This document shows, one piece after another, positions 52,401 to 64,000 of a stretch of 64,000 nucleotides of DNA. Below the pieces are notes generated by a model. The model was not told the origin of the DNA, ran no database searches, and saw nothing but the letters and a program-made list of their open reading frames with translations. The translations under genes were made by a program, and so were the position numbers. The stretch spans positions 254,475-318,474 of the forward strand of contig CAJINV010000019.1 of the NCBI GenBank assembly GCA_905178155.1, in the 5' to 3' direction. Numbering within the stretch: position 1 is the stretch's first letter; each line of letters starts with the position of its first letter. The DNA comes from Amoebophrya sp. A120. Taxonomy: Eukaryota; Protista; Dinoflagellata.

Positions 52401-55400
52401 ACAAGTTACATCCTTCCAGACGCACACATTTTTACATTTGATACACAGGGGTCACAGGTCTGGAGATCGTCTTCCTTGGTGCCAACTCCAAAGGACGTGA
52501 CTTGGATGGCCCAGTGCTTCTTTCCCACGACGGGAGTCTGGTGGATAGTTTTCATTTTTATTTTTCCATGTTTCGCATATTTTTTTTTATTGATGATTGC
52601 GCATCAGAATAATAACTGACCTTTAATCTACATTATCTTGGTTCTGGAACGACATCAAGATCACATTCACAATACTAGAGCAGCAATCAAATTCACCACA
52701 CCTTTATACCACATGATAAGTGATTCCCGCCGGGTACTGCCCCCAGTATATCTTGGACGTTTTGTCACCCGTATCAGATTGCAAAATTTCCCGCCTCCTC
52801 CCTCGTTTGCCGCTATTGGCACGAAATCTTGCATTACTTCTGTATCTTCGCATGTTGATATTCACGACAAACTGCATGATCTAGTACGTTCGCAGCGGCA
52901 GTGGCCTCCTCTACAATTACGACCTAGACCCGTACGTAAACCAGGAGACTACTGCTCTCATGCAAAACCGAAAGCGCGCGCATTTCTACCCCTATGATGC
53001 AGCTGCGTACTAAAGGCAAACGACCGGGAGGACCGGAAAAACTCGCTCTTCGTACCGCACATCCCCCAAGCACATGCCAAACTTCGTGATCTGGGCGTTG
53101 CTCAACAGCGTCGACTCGTCGCGACTGTCTGGCACCCAGTTGGCCATGCCCATGCCCAGTATGCCCTCGAACCGCGCGCCCTGGTCCCAGATGTTCTGCA
53201 TGCCGGTGTCCATCTGCTTGATTTCCCACATTTTCTGCTTCGTGACCGTGACGCGCCCGAGTTTCACCGAGGTCTGCCCGCCCTCCACGTGGACCGCACC
53301 GTATCCAAGAAACAATAAAGTGTGTAAGTGTAACTTTTTTGCAGGAACAGCATCACAGATTTGCTTTGCATAACAGAGAAAACCTGTCATGCGTAGCTAG
53401 TACGCGAACAACACATATGAAAATAGCCTCTGACGCACATCCAGCATGACAAGTGTAACTGTTTTGCATTTTCTGCATCACAGATTTACACTTACACAGT
53501 TTTTTTCTTGCATACCCCGGACCCGAACGTGATCTCCGCATACTGATCGAGGTGGTGCGCTATTGCGTAAAAAAATCCCCCGTCCCCATATTGAAAAGGA
53601 TATTTGTGATGCTGGATTTGCGTACACAAATCGAGTTGTATTGCTAGAAGGCCAAGAGACGCAGTTGCGGCTTAAATTGCAGGCAATTTGTCACGTTGTT
53701 TCCCACTTCCAGTTGCCTCCTGTCATACTGAAGCCGCAAAGCTTTCCTTCGCCAGCCAGCACTACAGTCCGCATTTTTCGCCTTCTAGCATGACAAGATG
53801 ATTCGTAGTAGCAAATCGTGCTACACAAGTCTCCGCTTTAGTATGGCGAGGGGAGATTTTTCATTTTGATATGCACCGGCGGCTCGCTCTCCGTCGGGTC
53901 AAACACGTGCGTCAGGTAGCTCAGCACGTCGCCGCACGAGTCGCACTGCTTGGACAACACCAGGATCGAAAACGAGCCGGTGTCTGGAACGCAGTCCAAT
54001 TCCTGCCCGCCGACGTGGATCGGGACCGTGTAATACGCGTATTCTGACGAAAAATTCTCCCTCCCCATATTGAAAGCGGATCCGTCTGCAAATTTGCGCT
54101 GCAGATTTGCACACACAAATCCTGTCTGTCTTGCAAGAAGGCAAAGCCAGAGAATCCGCCGCATTACGCAGGCGCTTTGTGATGCTGTTGGGCTTACAGC
54201 ATAGACATCTGTCATGCCAGTCGCCTATGTTAAAAAAACCGCTCGCCTCAGGCTTGGCATATGCCTGCAGTCCTCTCCAGCAAGACACACCTGATTTGTG
54301 CACGCAAATCCAGCATCAGAAACTCCATTTCGATTTTGGGAGGGGGGATTTTTCCCTTTCATAACACGTCCTCGAAATTTTTCGCCGGCTGTTCAAAGGA
54401 CGGTTGGTCCGCGAGAACGATTTCGTTCGCCAGGTAGACCCCTTGAGACAATTTGGAATTCATATTCGAAGTAGCACCACCTTGTTCCTGCTGTTGGTTT
54501 TGCTGCAATTGCTGTTGCATTTGCTTTTCTTGCTGGCTCTCGGTCTTCCCGCTGGTCGTTTGTTGTTTTACCGCAGCTCCTGCGTTGGAGGCGAGAAACT
54601 GGTGTTGGCTGCTCGACGTTTGTGCGGCTGTGCCAGCACCAGCTCCGAACGAACTGGTACTCATACCGCCCGCCCCGGCGCCGAGGCTAATCGTGTTTGC
54701 GACCCCCGTCGAGATGCCGCTCCTGCGCGAAGCTGTGGAGCTGCTGGAGGCAGCTCCTGCGGTTTGCTGCTGACTTGCAAGTTCTTGCTGGGCGCTGCTC
54801 GTCGCGACACTCGCAACACTGGCGCCGGTGACGGTTGACGTAGTTCCCGCCCTGGAAGCTCCTGCCTCGGTGGAGGTAGAAGTACTGGCTGCTAACTGCT
54901 TGTTTTGCTGTTCTGCGCTCGCTGTTTTCAACGAACCGCTCGCAGTTGCTTCGTTTTGCCGCGTTTGCGTTTGCTCTTGCGCAGCTTGTTGATTGGTCGA
55001 CGAAGTAGATGAGAGAAAGTTCTTCTGCTCGCTTGCGCCTTTGGTCGTCTCGGTGGAGGAAGTTGCAGCTACTGATGCTGCAGCTTGTGTTTGCGTTTGT
55101 TCCGCAGCTTTGACGGGTCCTGCTTCTGTTTCAACACGAGGATCACTACCTGGACCATTTTTACTGCTGCCATTTTTCTTCTGCGTAGCACTGCCACTAG
55201 TCGTGGAAACCACCTCCGAGGTGGATGATGATGCTGTTGCAGCAACATCTTCCCCACTACTGGTAGAAGTCTCCGGCACGGTACTCTCGTCCGTACCCGT
55301 TTCCGTGCTAGCGGTGTCAGATGAGGAAGACGTCGCGCTCGATTGCTCCTCACGATTCGGAAGCAGTTCCCCTTTATTCAGGCCGGGAATGCCCTCCTGT

Positions 55401-56833
55401 TGACTGGCAGAGGCGAGTTGACCTCCGCCTTGTTGCGTTCGTTCTTCTACGGCTCTTTCCGAAGAAGCTCCTGCTGGTGCACTTTCTGCGTTGGTAGTCG
55501 TCGCGATCTCGGAGCCAGCAGATGCTTTGTTCCCTTCCGTGGTTGAAGTAGAGGCAGAGGAGCTAGTACTAGTCGCACTCGCCCCTTCGTTGCTATTGGT
55601 GTTCTCTTCTGCCGCGCCATCTCTTGCTCTTCTCGGGAAGTGCAACGTATCCGGGGAAGCAGGAGTATCAGACTTGGTGTTGGATGTCGCTTGCTCCTCG
55701 TGATTTGGCAACAACTCTCCGGCTTTAATATTCTGGGTGGCACCAGCGGCTGCTCCAGTGGTACCTTCGCCCCCAGCTCCGCTCAGCGCTTCCTCTCCTT
55801 GTTGCCCTGTTCCTCCTGCTGTTACGTCACTTGATGTTTCCGCGGACGAGCTGCTGGATGTTGACGACCCAGAGGACGAAGAACCTCCACTCTGGCTCGC
55901 CGCTACCGCTGCTTGTTCTTCACTACTCGTAGCTGCCTCCCGGTTGTTTTTTAACTGCTTGTTTCCCTGTTCGACGCTGCCAGCAGAGGTCTGACCATCG
56001 GCCTGCTCGGCGGTTTGAAAAGTGGGCGCCGCCGCGTTTTCGTTCGCATCCTGCACCCCGTCATCATCGTGGTCCTCAAACCGATGAGCCTGACCGGACG
56101 TGGAAGTTGCGGATGTTGAGGCCGACGTGGTGCGAAATTTCTCGATGCCGAATTCGATTGGCGCAACGGTGTGTGAGGAGGACTGTGACGATGTCGATAA
56201 AGACGTAGACGTAGCTGCAGTTGGCCTCGCACTTGCACTCGTCTTCGCTGCTCCATTGGCCGCGTCTTCGCTCTTAAATTTGTAGCCATAGGACGAGAAA
56301 TGGGTGGCGAAAGACAGAGACTGATCCCACCCAGCTTCGTTCTCCGATGCTGTTGCTGCGGTTTTCTTGTTAGCGATTGTTGATGAAGAAGATGCAGTCG
56401 CTGATGTTGTGTCTTTCGCGGCATTGTCAAGATTTATTTTGTTCGAAATCGTCGAACTAAGGCCTGATGCCGCCGCAACATTTACATTGGTGCGACTTGA
56501 TGTTCGAGATTTTGATTTTGTTTTTCCTTTATTCGAGGACGCCGACGTCGTCGTACTTCTGCTACTTGCACTTCTACCTCCGCCCGCGTGGTTCTGAAAA
56601 CTACTGGCGCGAACGAGGAGCAGAGACCACGACGACGACCCATAGTTGTCGACGTGGTCACCAGCGTTCCTATCCTTTTCTGTGCCGCCAGGAGCAGTGG
56701 TGCTGAAGAAGTAGTTCTTCTGACTGATGCTACAATACAGGAAGAAAACCCAGCACAACCAGCCGCATGTAGTCGTAGTTCTTGCCCTCTTGCACGGCGC
56801 AACAGAAAAAGTTCCGGAGGTAAAGGTCAGCAT
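49451..56833 (-). CDS. Pepsin-family (A1) aspartic protease with ~800-aa S/T/A/Q-rich N-terminal extension
   Basis: YYTVPIHVGGQELDCVPDTGSF, ITFGSG, FEGILGMG, CAVVDSGTSSL, DCSNQKELPDI, WLLGQPFIREYLVMYDR; hydrophobic N-terminal segment. Ten introners plus other introns (~50820-50965, ~52545-53050). Confidence 0.9.
49518..49772. mobile_element. Introner I1 (family I, TIR TATAACG(T/C)GCTCAG.TGTT(A/G)CAATCTCAA.CGTTACAAT)
   Basis: TSD CGACT, frame restored. Confidence 0.92.
49832..50110. mobile_element. Introner G6
   Basis: TSD CCTGC. Confidence 0.92.
50457..50735. mobile_element. Introner G7
   Basis: TSD TGCGT. Confidence 0.9.
51282..51452. mobile_element. Introner A12 (degenerate)
   Basis: TATCCTGTGCAAAAG...CTTTTGCATTCCCTA; TSD AAAAT/AGACT; frame restored (TDGKS-FHVTIP). 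Confidence 0.75.
51541..51819. mobile_element. Introner G8
   Basis: TSD CCTCC; near-identical to G6. Confidence 0.92.
51878..52146. mobile_element. Introner C5
   Basis: Left end CAT variant; TSD CCAAG/CCCAG. Confidence 0.82.
52186..52443. mobile_element. Introner B17
   Basis: TSD CACAG. Confidence 0.9.
53302..53514. mobile_element. Introner D6
   Basis: TSD CACCG/CCCCG. Confidence 0.88.
53561..53871. mobile_element. Introner F4
   Basis: TSD TGCGC/TGCAC. Confidence 0.85.
54040..54363. mobile_element. Introner F5
   Basis: TSD ACGCG/ACACG. Confidence 0.85.
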
Positions 56834-58317
56834 CAGAAATCCGCAATCGGTTCTGGCAGCAGGTTCTTGCAGATGTAGGAGCTTGATGGTGTTTTATTTC
56901 GCAAGATTATGAATGGACCCACCGGTAGAAGTCGTCCTCTACTTCCGTGCCACCTCAGTTGTTCGCGCACGACCGCACCACATCCACAACCTGTTTTTTC
57001 CCTGCCATACTGACAGCCGCCTCCCCGGTCGATACGGCAGAAAAACAGAGTTGTTGCTGCAGCGCCTATAATTGTTGTTGCTTTTCTCTATTTTATCCAC
57101 ACCTCGTCCGAATTATGGGATTCCCCCCTTTATTCAGCTCCTCCTATTGTCGATCATATATTTCGTACACTACAACAACACTCAACCTTTCATCTTCCTC
57201 GACGACGCCGGGTAAGTCGGTGTCTTTTGTGTGCCGTCGTGGGACTAGTGGCAGCACGGCAAAGATTCCGCAAGTGCAAGACAGAGATAGCCACGGATGT
57301 TGACAGCAGGACGCACTCTCTTCCTTGTCGTTGTCGGTGTAAGAATGCTCACTTACTACACCTCGTTTGATGATCGATACCACAGCACAAGCAAACCACC
57401 TCTCGTCCTCGTCTCTCTTGAGAATAACTGCGTGATCATCATGTCTACCTTGATCTTGAAGAAACTGTGCTTAGTTCCTGTTGCTTTACTTTGTTTTACT
57501 CGTGCACATAGTCCCAACTCAGCAAGAAGACACTGGCCGCGTTGCTTGGTTACGATGCGTGCACGCGCTTGCGCACAATGTTGCAACATAAAGACGACCA
57601 TGTTGATGCCCGGTTTTTAGATTGTTTCTTTTTGACTGTAGTCACAGCTGCGGATGTTTACAAAATTGTGATTGAGTGTGAGCAATCGACTTCCTTCCAA
57701 GGTAGAGGAAGAATTTACCCATTCTCGTATAAAAGTTCAAACGCATCTGCGGGACTGGTAGAGCGGTCCGATAATGATAATACTGAATCGATAGAAGAAA
57801 TATCATTTGAAAGGAAATCCTTGAAGACAATCCGATGTGAAATAGATGCGAACCATGATTTTTGTGGATGCGCTTCAAAAATGTTGTACTTGCAGCGAGA
57901 TGACTTTTTACTTCATCTACTGTTTTGAGTACAAAACTTGTTTCGTACCGATGGACCACGAAATGCTACTGGTCTTGGTCAATCACTGTTGTATATCAAT
58001 CTCTGTCGAAACACGGCGATGTTCATGTAGATAAAAAAAGTAGGTGCATGTTCGTACGGTAGATGTAGAAGATTTTTTTCAGTGAAAATTAGGTGTAAGA
58101 AAAATATGAAAATCGGTGATAAACCATGAATATTGTTTTTATGCTTTCAAACACAACATGTCACGTTCATGTGATGCCCCCAAAGAAGCGGTTCGGAATG
58201 TGTGGTAGATTCGTTTTCCCAACATTCTTGAAAATATGTCCCAAATTAGTAGTGACTACTAAGCAGCCTGTGCCTCGCCGTGGTAATTCTTCTTCAGGGT
58301 GAATTCCGTGTCGCCAC

Positions 58318-58538
58318 TATCGCGAGAAAAAGCTGTCTCAGTCCCAAATCTTTCTCTTTGCAGACTCAGCAACACAAATTTGCGAAGCAAGAAACAAAAA
58401 ATCTGTGATGCGTTTTTTTAGACAGCAAGGGACAACACATATGAAAGACGTCTTTCTTGCATCTCAAGCATGACAAAACTCTGTCTCAAGGAAGTTGCGC
58501 ATTAGAAGTTGAGACGGAAACAGTTTTTTCTCAGGATA
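58318..58538. mobile_element. Introner J1 (family J, TIR TATC..GAGAAAAA.CTGT.TC.GTC), probably in a 3' UTR
   Basis: TSD GCCAC/GCCAA; ~9 nt downstream of the inferred stop codon. Confidence 0.85.
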
Positions 58539-58546
58539 GCCAACGA

Positions 58547-61500
58547 TCACGCGCCGGTTGCTTCCCCCGGCCTCGTGGATCACCGCCATGCCGTCCGCAA
58601 TCACCAGCATGGTATCAAATGCAAAAGTGTCTGGGTCTGGAAGGATGCTGCAAGGTTAGTCATGCACATTTTCCATGACTCCTGACGTCTGTGATGCATG
58701 CCGTAGCATCACAGATTTTGTGAGGGCTTCCTGATGCCCATACCGTATGAGAGATGCCTTCTCGCCGTGGCAAAAAGATGAACTGGACTGCTTTATTTGC
58801 TGTTCATGGAATACAGATTTTTGCACAATCCAAACGCAACATCAGCAGCTACATCCTTCCAGACCCAGACACAGATTTGCGATGCATACATGGAAAAAGG
58901 TGACAAATACCCCATACTGGGCGCTAGGCGCTGGATGCCCGGCTTCACCTTCTTCGTGGTCCCCAAGCACGCGTGCGGGCGCACGGAGATGTTGTGCATC
59001 CAACCCAGGCCCATAAAACGGGAACGCAGACCTGTTGGTACAAGTGGAGTTTGTATTCAGAATGAGACGCGAAGCGGATGAAACAACTTCGCAGAGAAAG
59101 TTGTTGCGAAGTTGTCGACGTGGTCCCTGTCAAGTCTAGTAAACAAAACAATCGAAATCGTACATAAAAAACTACTCACACCAGTCAGAAGTTGTCAAGG
59201 TTTATTTTTTCGACATTTGGTATACCTATTTCCTTGGCGCCGTCATATCATAACATATCCTATACCTCCGAAATTCCAGGCGTTACACTTCCCGCCGGTC
59301 GTGGGCTGGCAGCGAGGATCAGAGGAATCGATCCCGCGCGGGCCGCTATCGGACGAAAAAAAGCTAGCAGGAAATATTTGTAATGCAAAAACTACAAAGT
59401 CTGCCATGGGCGAGCCGCCCATAGCATGCTATTTCCTAGGATACAACTTCTTATTAGTTTTTGTTTTTTGTTCTAGTGCGGTTATATCAATATTTTATAT
59501 CAATATTTTTGCATTCCGAATGCCCTGCTGGCTTTTTTCTGTGCGATAGTCGCGTTCATTCGTCTGGAAGGACCGTTTCGAGTTGAGATGCGGGCAGTCC
59601 TCCTCCTTGACTGCACGGCTTCCCGTATCCTGAGTAAAAACGTCTCGCCCACCCCATAAGTTGTAACGCAAATCTGCAAGCTGCAAATGTTTCTCATGCG
59701 CAGCCCCATGAGAAGCATTGTGTAGCTGTGTTTCGGAATTTGTCATGCTCCAATAAGCATGACGCGCTAGCTCTGTGATGCTGCTGAACTAGCTTCACAG
59801 GAGTACACTACAAGCCCAGACTTGTCATGCTCGACAGCCAAAACTTGGAGGTTTGTATTGCAGATTTGCCAACTTGACTATGGGGTGGGGACGTTTTTGC
59901 TCAGGATATCCCGCCCCGGGAAAGACCGCCTTCTGGACCCGCATCATGTCGAGCTCGGATAAAGTTTTGCCACACCCGCCCGGAACCAGGTCGGGGTATT
60001 TCAGTTCGCAGCTTGCGTCTGTGGAAAACCCCATATGCATTGCAAACACGTCATCTGGGTCTCGATTTGATGTGTTGCGGAACTTCAAGGACACGAAGAT
60101 CTGCAATGCAGGAACACGAGGTGGATCATTAGCCATTTTTTTCTGTCGTGCTGGATGGCTAAGTACGAATGAGTATGAGTCCGCATCCGCAAGAACAAGC
60201 TGAGGAGAAAAATAAAGACTTCCCCTATTGTTAGGCCGTGCAAGCAACCAGTCTGCAATGCATGTATCAGCGACACAAGTTTGAGTTCCAGACCCAGACA
60301 TTTTTGCAATCCGTACCACACGGCAAACAACCACTTCGGCGCCCCTTGAATCGACCGCCCGGCGTTATGCTCCACAAACCGGGCGTCGGACGGCTTTTCG
60401 ATCGCACCCAGTGCATCAACAGCCCGCTATGCATTGCAAAAGTATAATCGTACTAGTTGTAGTAAATAATTGAAAATGAATTTATACAAGTAGATCTGTC
60501 ATGCAACAAATTATTGAAAGTGGTTGTACGACAAGTTGCGCGATAGAAGTACTTTTGTAGAGCATACCCGAACGCCCGAAATAATGTCAGCCTTCCAATC
60601 GTCAGGCGCAAACTGCACCTGGATGTTCACGATCTGCTGCCCCACGGACAGCTTGGTTTTGTAGAATGCCGGGTCCTCGATTTTTTGCCGAACCTTTTCC
60701 GGGGTCAACTCCTGTTCCGCAGCGGTTTTCGCTTCCCTTTCCGCTTCGGACAGCGTTGGGTCGGGGCAGCCAGCGTCGTAAACAATGTAGGTATTCGGTT
60801 TGTTATTCGGGAGCATCGTCGTGTATACGTTGCGTTCCCCCAACGCATGCACCGGCTCATCCCATCGCAAGGACTGCATGCTGCTGCAGGCCTCGCGGAA
60901 CTGGCGCCCGCCCACGGTATCAAAAACAAACATCGATCTGGCTCTGGAAACAAGTATACTATGCTAGGATTTGCTGGAAAAATAAATGAGGCACTAGAAG
61001 TAGTCCTCCTGCTGCGGAGCATGACAAATCTTTGGACGGTTTTGTATTGCGTTGTAAAATAAACCAAGCGCATGATCAGAAAGCCCGTAGTTTTTTTGCA
61101 TGACGACATAAATCTTCTATACAGCACTATCCATTCAGAACAGCTTCACGAGCGCGCATCGCTGTGGAAGTTCCAGGCCCGAATCGGTGGTCTCTGCAAG
61201 TGATACACGAGGGAGTCGGACAATTCCGAGCAACTGTAACTGGCAGATTGGCACTCCTTGAGGCATTCGGGATCGCAGGTCTCTATCCCAAGGAAAAATC
61301 CCCCCTCCCCATATCGAAATGGAAATCTGTTATGCGGGATTTGTGCACACAAATCGGCTTTGTCTTGCAGTAGAGGACTGCAGGCAGTAGATACAAAGCG
61401 GGAGTAGGGGCTTTTTGGTGTAGGTGCCTAGCAAGGCCGGCATATCCTCCGCAGGCCATACAGCATTACAAATTGCCTGCAAAACGCGGCGGAGTCTCTG

Positions 61501-64000
61501 GATTTGCGTTCCAGCAATACAGAGACGATTTGTGGTCACAAATCAGCATCACAAATTTTCAGAAGTATCCTTTTTTCCTGGTATAGGGAGGGAAGATTTT
61601 TCCTCACAATAGTCTCCGTCTGGTAACGGCTCGCCGTCAGCGGGAACAGTATAACGTGCTCAGCTGTTACAATCTCAAACGTTACAATAGAATATCGAAA
61701 TCTGTGATGCAAGAGGTGCATTATGTAGCCAACTCTCATAGGATTGCGCATGACAAGTTCCGCAGTCCCAAACCGCACTACAATCTGGCAAAATTTGTAT
61801 TGCAGAAAGTGGAATGCTCGTCATGCAACATGCAACACATCGTAACGTTTGAGATTGTAACGTTTCTTGAGCAGGTCATAGACAGCTTCCGCGGCGTCTG
61901 CAGATTGGTTTGCCACACTTCCAGCGTTTTGTTGGCCACCTCGCAGTATGCATTGCAAATATGTCCGGGTCTGGAAACCTGTGATGCTGAGCTGCGCATA
62001 AAAATTGAAGCGCTTGCAATTATGGTAGCCAAGCATGACAAGTTTTTCAGACGCCTGTTGATGCTTAGCAAAGGCGTATACAAATCGCGTCTTTGCATGA
62101 CAAAGGAAGCTCCTCTTCTGCTGCTGATGCAACACAGATTTTCCAGGAATGCAAGACACGCATTACAAGAAGTTCCACTTTATTTCCAGACCCAGAAATA
62201 TATATAATTTGCATTTGATACGCAGCTGCGCCCCCCCTTCGGACTGTTCACAAACTCGAGGCTGGGCTTCGTAAAGTCGCACCCGGTGATCAGATGCGGC
62301 TTGTCCTTGCTATGGAAGCGTCAGGTTTGAAATCGACAAAGTTGAAATAATTTGCCATGCATAAAATGCAAGGCATGAAGTGCCTGTCTTGCAGGGATAG
62401 CAAGTGAGGCGGATTGTGAGCCTGTTCAGGGCGGTTTGAAATAGAGCTACTAAACTCGCATGACAAAAGCAGTGCTCTGTGCCCAAACAGCATGACAAAT
62501 TGGATTCCGGTACTCGGAAAGTTTGTCATGCGCCGCTTGATAAGTGGGCGCCCGACTCGACTGGTATCTGTTTTATGCATGACAAACTATTTCAACTTTG
62601 ACGATTTCACACCTGACACATCCATACTTGCAGCCCTGCTCGTAATTCCCGTCCGTAGACAGGCGGTAAGGGCTTGTTCCGGACTCGCTGTCGGTCTCTA
62701 GCAAGTGCGGCGGCGGGTCCCCAGAGAGTCCAAAGTACAAGAAGTCGTTACCCAGTCCGTTCATGATCATGGTTCCCGCACTCTGGCCTCCCAGCATGAG
62801 CTCTGCCGAGTGCCAGCGCCGCGTCATTTCTTCCCAGTACGAGAGCAGAAACACGTCGTCGCCGGCATTCAGCTTCTCGTTCTTGGCATCGGCCATCAGA
62901 TCGAACACGTTCCCTCCGCCGACGTAGTAATACGCCCCGTCGTTCGGGCCCTGGTTCTCGTTCTTTTCGTTTTCCGGCTCGTGTGTGGAGGGGGGGCAGG
63001 AGTCGGGAAACACCGACCTTTTGCACACAATCGTCTTGTCGTTGCGCGTCACAACGCCCCGCGACTGGAGCGGGAACACGGACTGTTGGGCGGTCTTCTT
63101 GTCAACATCCTTGTCGCTTTCTGGTGTCCCATCGTCGTCGAAAAAGGTCCAGTCAAACGCTTCGTCCCGCCAATCCCACTTGTACTGACCCACGGCATCC
63201 GCATCCCCGTCCCACACGGAGCTCACCTATCAAGTGCAAAAAATGTCTGGGTCTGGAAATTTGTGATGCTAAGTGTGGATGATGGAGACACTGGCCGCGA
63301 ATGCAGCCAAGCATGACAACTTTCCAGAAGGCTTCCTCATGCGCGGCCCGCATGAGAAACTGCATTCTTGTATGACAAAAGAGGCTGCGACTTTGGTTGG
63401 TCATGCAATACAGATTTCACAGGAATACAAGACCAGCATCACAAGTTCTAACTTTCCAGACCCAGACATATTTGCAATGGATATCACCCCCGATGGCACG
63501 ATCTTGACCTTCATGTTGTGACGGGGCAAGTGGACCCAATAGGAGAAGTATCAAATGTAAAAATGTCTGGGTCTGGAAGGATCCGAACTTGTGATGCTGC
63601 ATTTGGATGTCTAACAAATTTGTGTTGCACGAGCAGCAAAAGGATTCTAATTTTTGCTACGCGGAGAGGGCATTTGTCATGCGGAATAGGCATCAAGAGT
63701 CCCTCTGAAAACCTGTGAGGCTAGGGCATGCATGACAGACATCATGGCGGATGCAAACCGTGCATGACAAGTCTCAGAATCTTCCAGACCCAGACATTTT
63801 TACAGTTGATAAGAAGTCTTGGTAGTCGAATTCGCCGTGACTCAGACGCAACGCGTCGGTATCAAATGCAAAAATGTCTGGGTCTGGAAGTAGAGTGCAT
63901 TTTTGTCATGCTTGTCTGGCATGACTCTTAAATCTGTCATGCACGTTAGTACTACCCTAGAGCCGCATTTTTCTGTCATGTAGAAACGCAGTCTGTCACG
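58547..64000 (-). CDS. Peptidase family S51 (PepE/cyanophycinase-like) protein, 3' part; 5' end outside the window
   Basis: YYYVGGGNVFDLM, LMLGGQSAGTMIM (GxSAG nucleophile), MGLGWMHNISVRPH (catalytic His region). Twelve introners; the join at 60918-61146 is not clean. Confidence 0.7.
58613..58888. mobile_element. Introner B18
   Basis: TSD CATGG. Confidence 0.9.
59626..59908. mobile_element. Introner G9
   Basis: TSD TCCCG. Confidence 0.92.
60034..60315. mobile_element. Introner B19 (diverged)
   Basis: TSD CCCCA/CCACA; frame restored. Confidence 0.82.
60428..60566. mobile_element. Introner A13 (diverged)
   Basis: TSD CCCGC/CCCGA; frame restored. Confidence 0.82.
60918..61146. mobile_element. 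Introner B20 (highly degenerate right arm)
   Basis: B-like left arm and internal motifs; flanks CACGG/CACGA; right boundary uncertain. Confidence 0.6.
61284..61611. mobile_element. Introner F6
   Basis: TSD GTCTC. Confidence 0.9.
61650..61880. mobile_element. Introner I2
   Basis: TSD AACAG/GACAG. Confidence 0.88.
61947..62220. mobile_element. Introner B21
   Basis: TSD CGCAG. Confidence 0.9.
62311..62626. mobile_element. Introner H2
   Basis: TSD CTTGC. Confidence 0.92.
63228..63483. mobile_element. Introner B22
   Basis: TSD TCACC. Confidence 0.92.
63549..63811. mobile_element. Introner B23
   Basis: TSD AGAAG; reverse complement of the B8/B13 subfamily. Confidence 0.92.
63860..64000. mobile_element. 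Introner B24, truncated by the window end
   Basis: Family B left TIR; reverse-orientation relative of B12. Confidence 0.85.

Noticed and set aside
58259-58612. Alternative frame extending the last gene through J1 to a TAG at 58259
   Set aside because: The frame carrying the GLGW…RPH motif stops at 58547, so J1 is more likely in the 3' UTR.

Overview
Eukaryotic genomic DNA, most likely from a parasitic dinoflagellate (Syndiniales, Amoebophrya-like). This is inferred from a DVNP-like gene, a fully unidirectional gene cluster and the intron architecture. Nine genes can be reconstructed, all on the minus strand: a Patched/NPC1-type membrane protein (5' part), a DVNP-like protein with a long acidic tandem-repeat tail, a hypothetical protein, ORC4, a GH3 beta-glucosidase, a ~2030-aa RING/LRR protein, phosphoglucomutase, a pepsin-family aspartic protease and an S51 peptidase-like protein (3' part). 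The dominant feature is about 73 MITE-like elements, nearly all 140-330 bp, in about 10 families. Almost all have TAT...ATA termini, 25-35 bp terminal inverted repeats (TIRs) and a 5-bp target-site duplication (TSD). About 71 interrupt coding sequence. Removing the element plus one TSD copy restores the reading frame at every junction I translated except one (B20), although no consistent GT-AG can be drawn. They therefore behave as non-canonical, transposon-derived introns (introners). They occur in either orientation and share an internal TGT(C/G/A)ATGC motif. A few canonical GT-AG introns coexist with them. Also present are a 4-kb 72-bp hairpin satellite, a 1-kb TIR element nested inside an introner TIR, a 978-bp intergenic TAT...ATA element, and a 1.27-kb insert flanked by a duplication of the PGM start region. 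Coordinates were counted by hand and may be off by a few bases.
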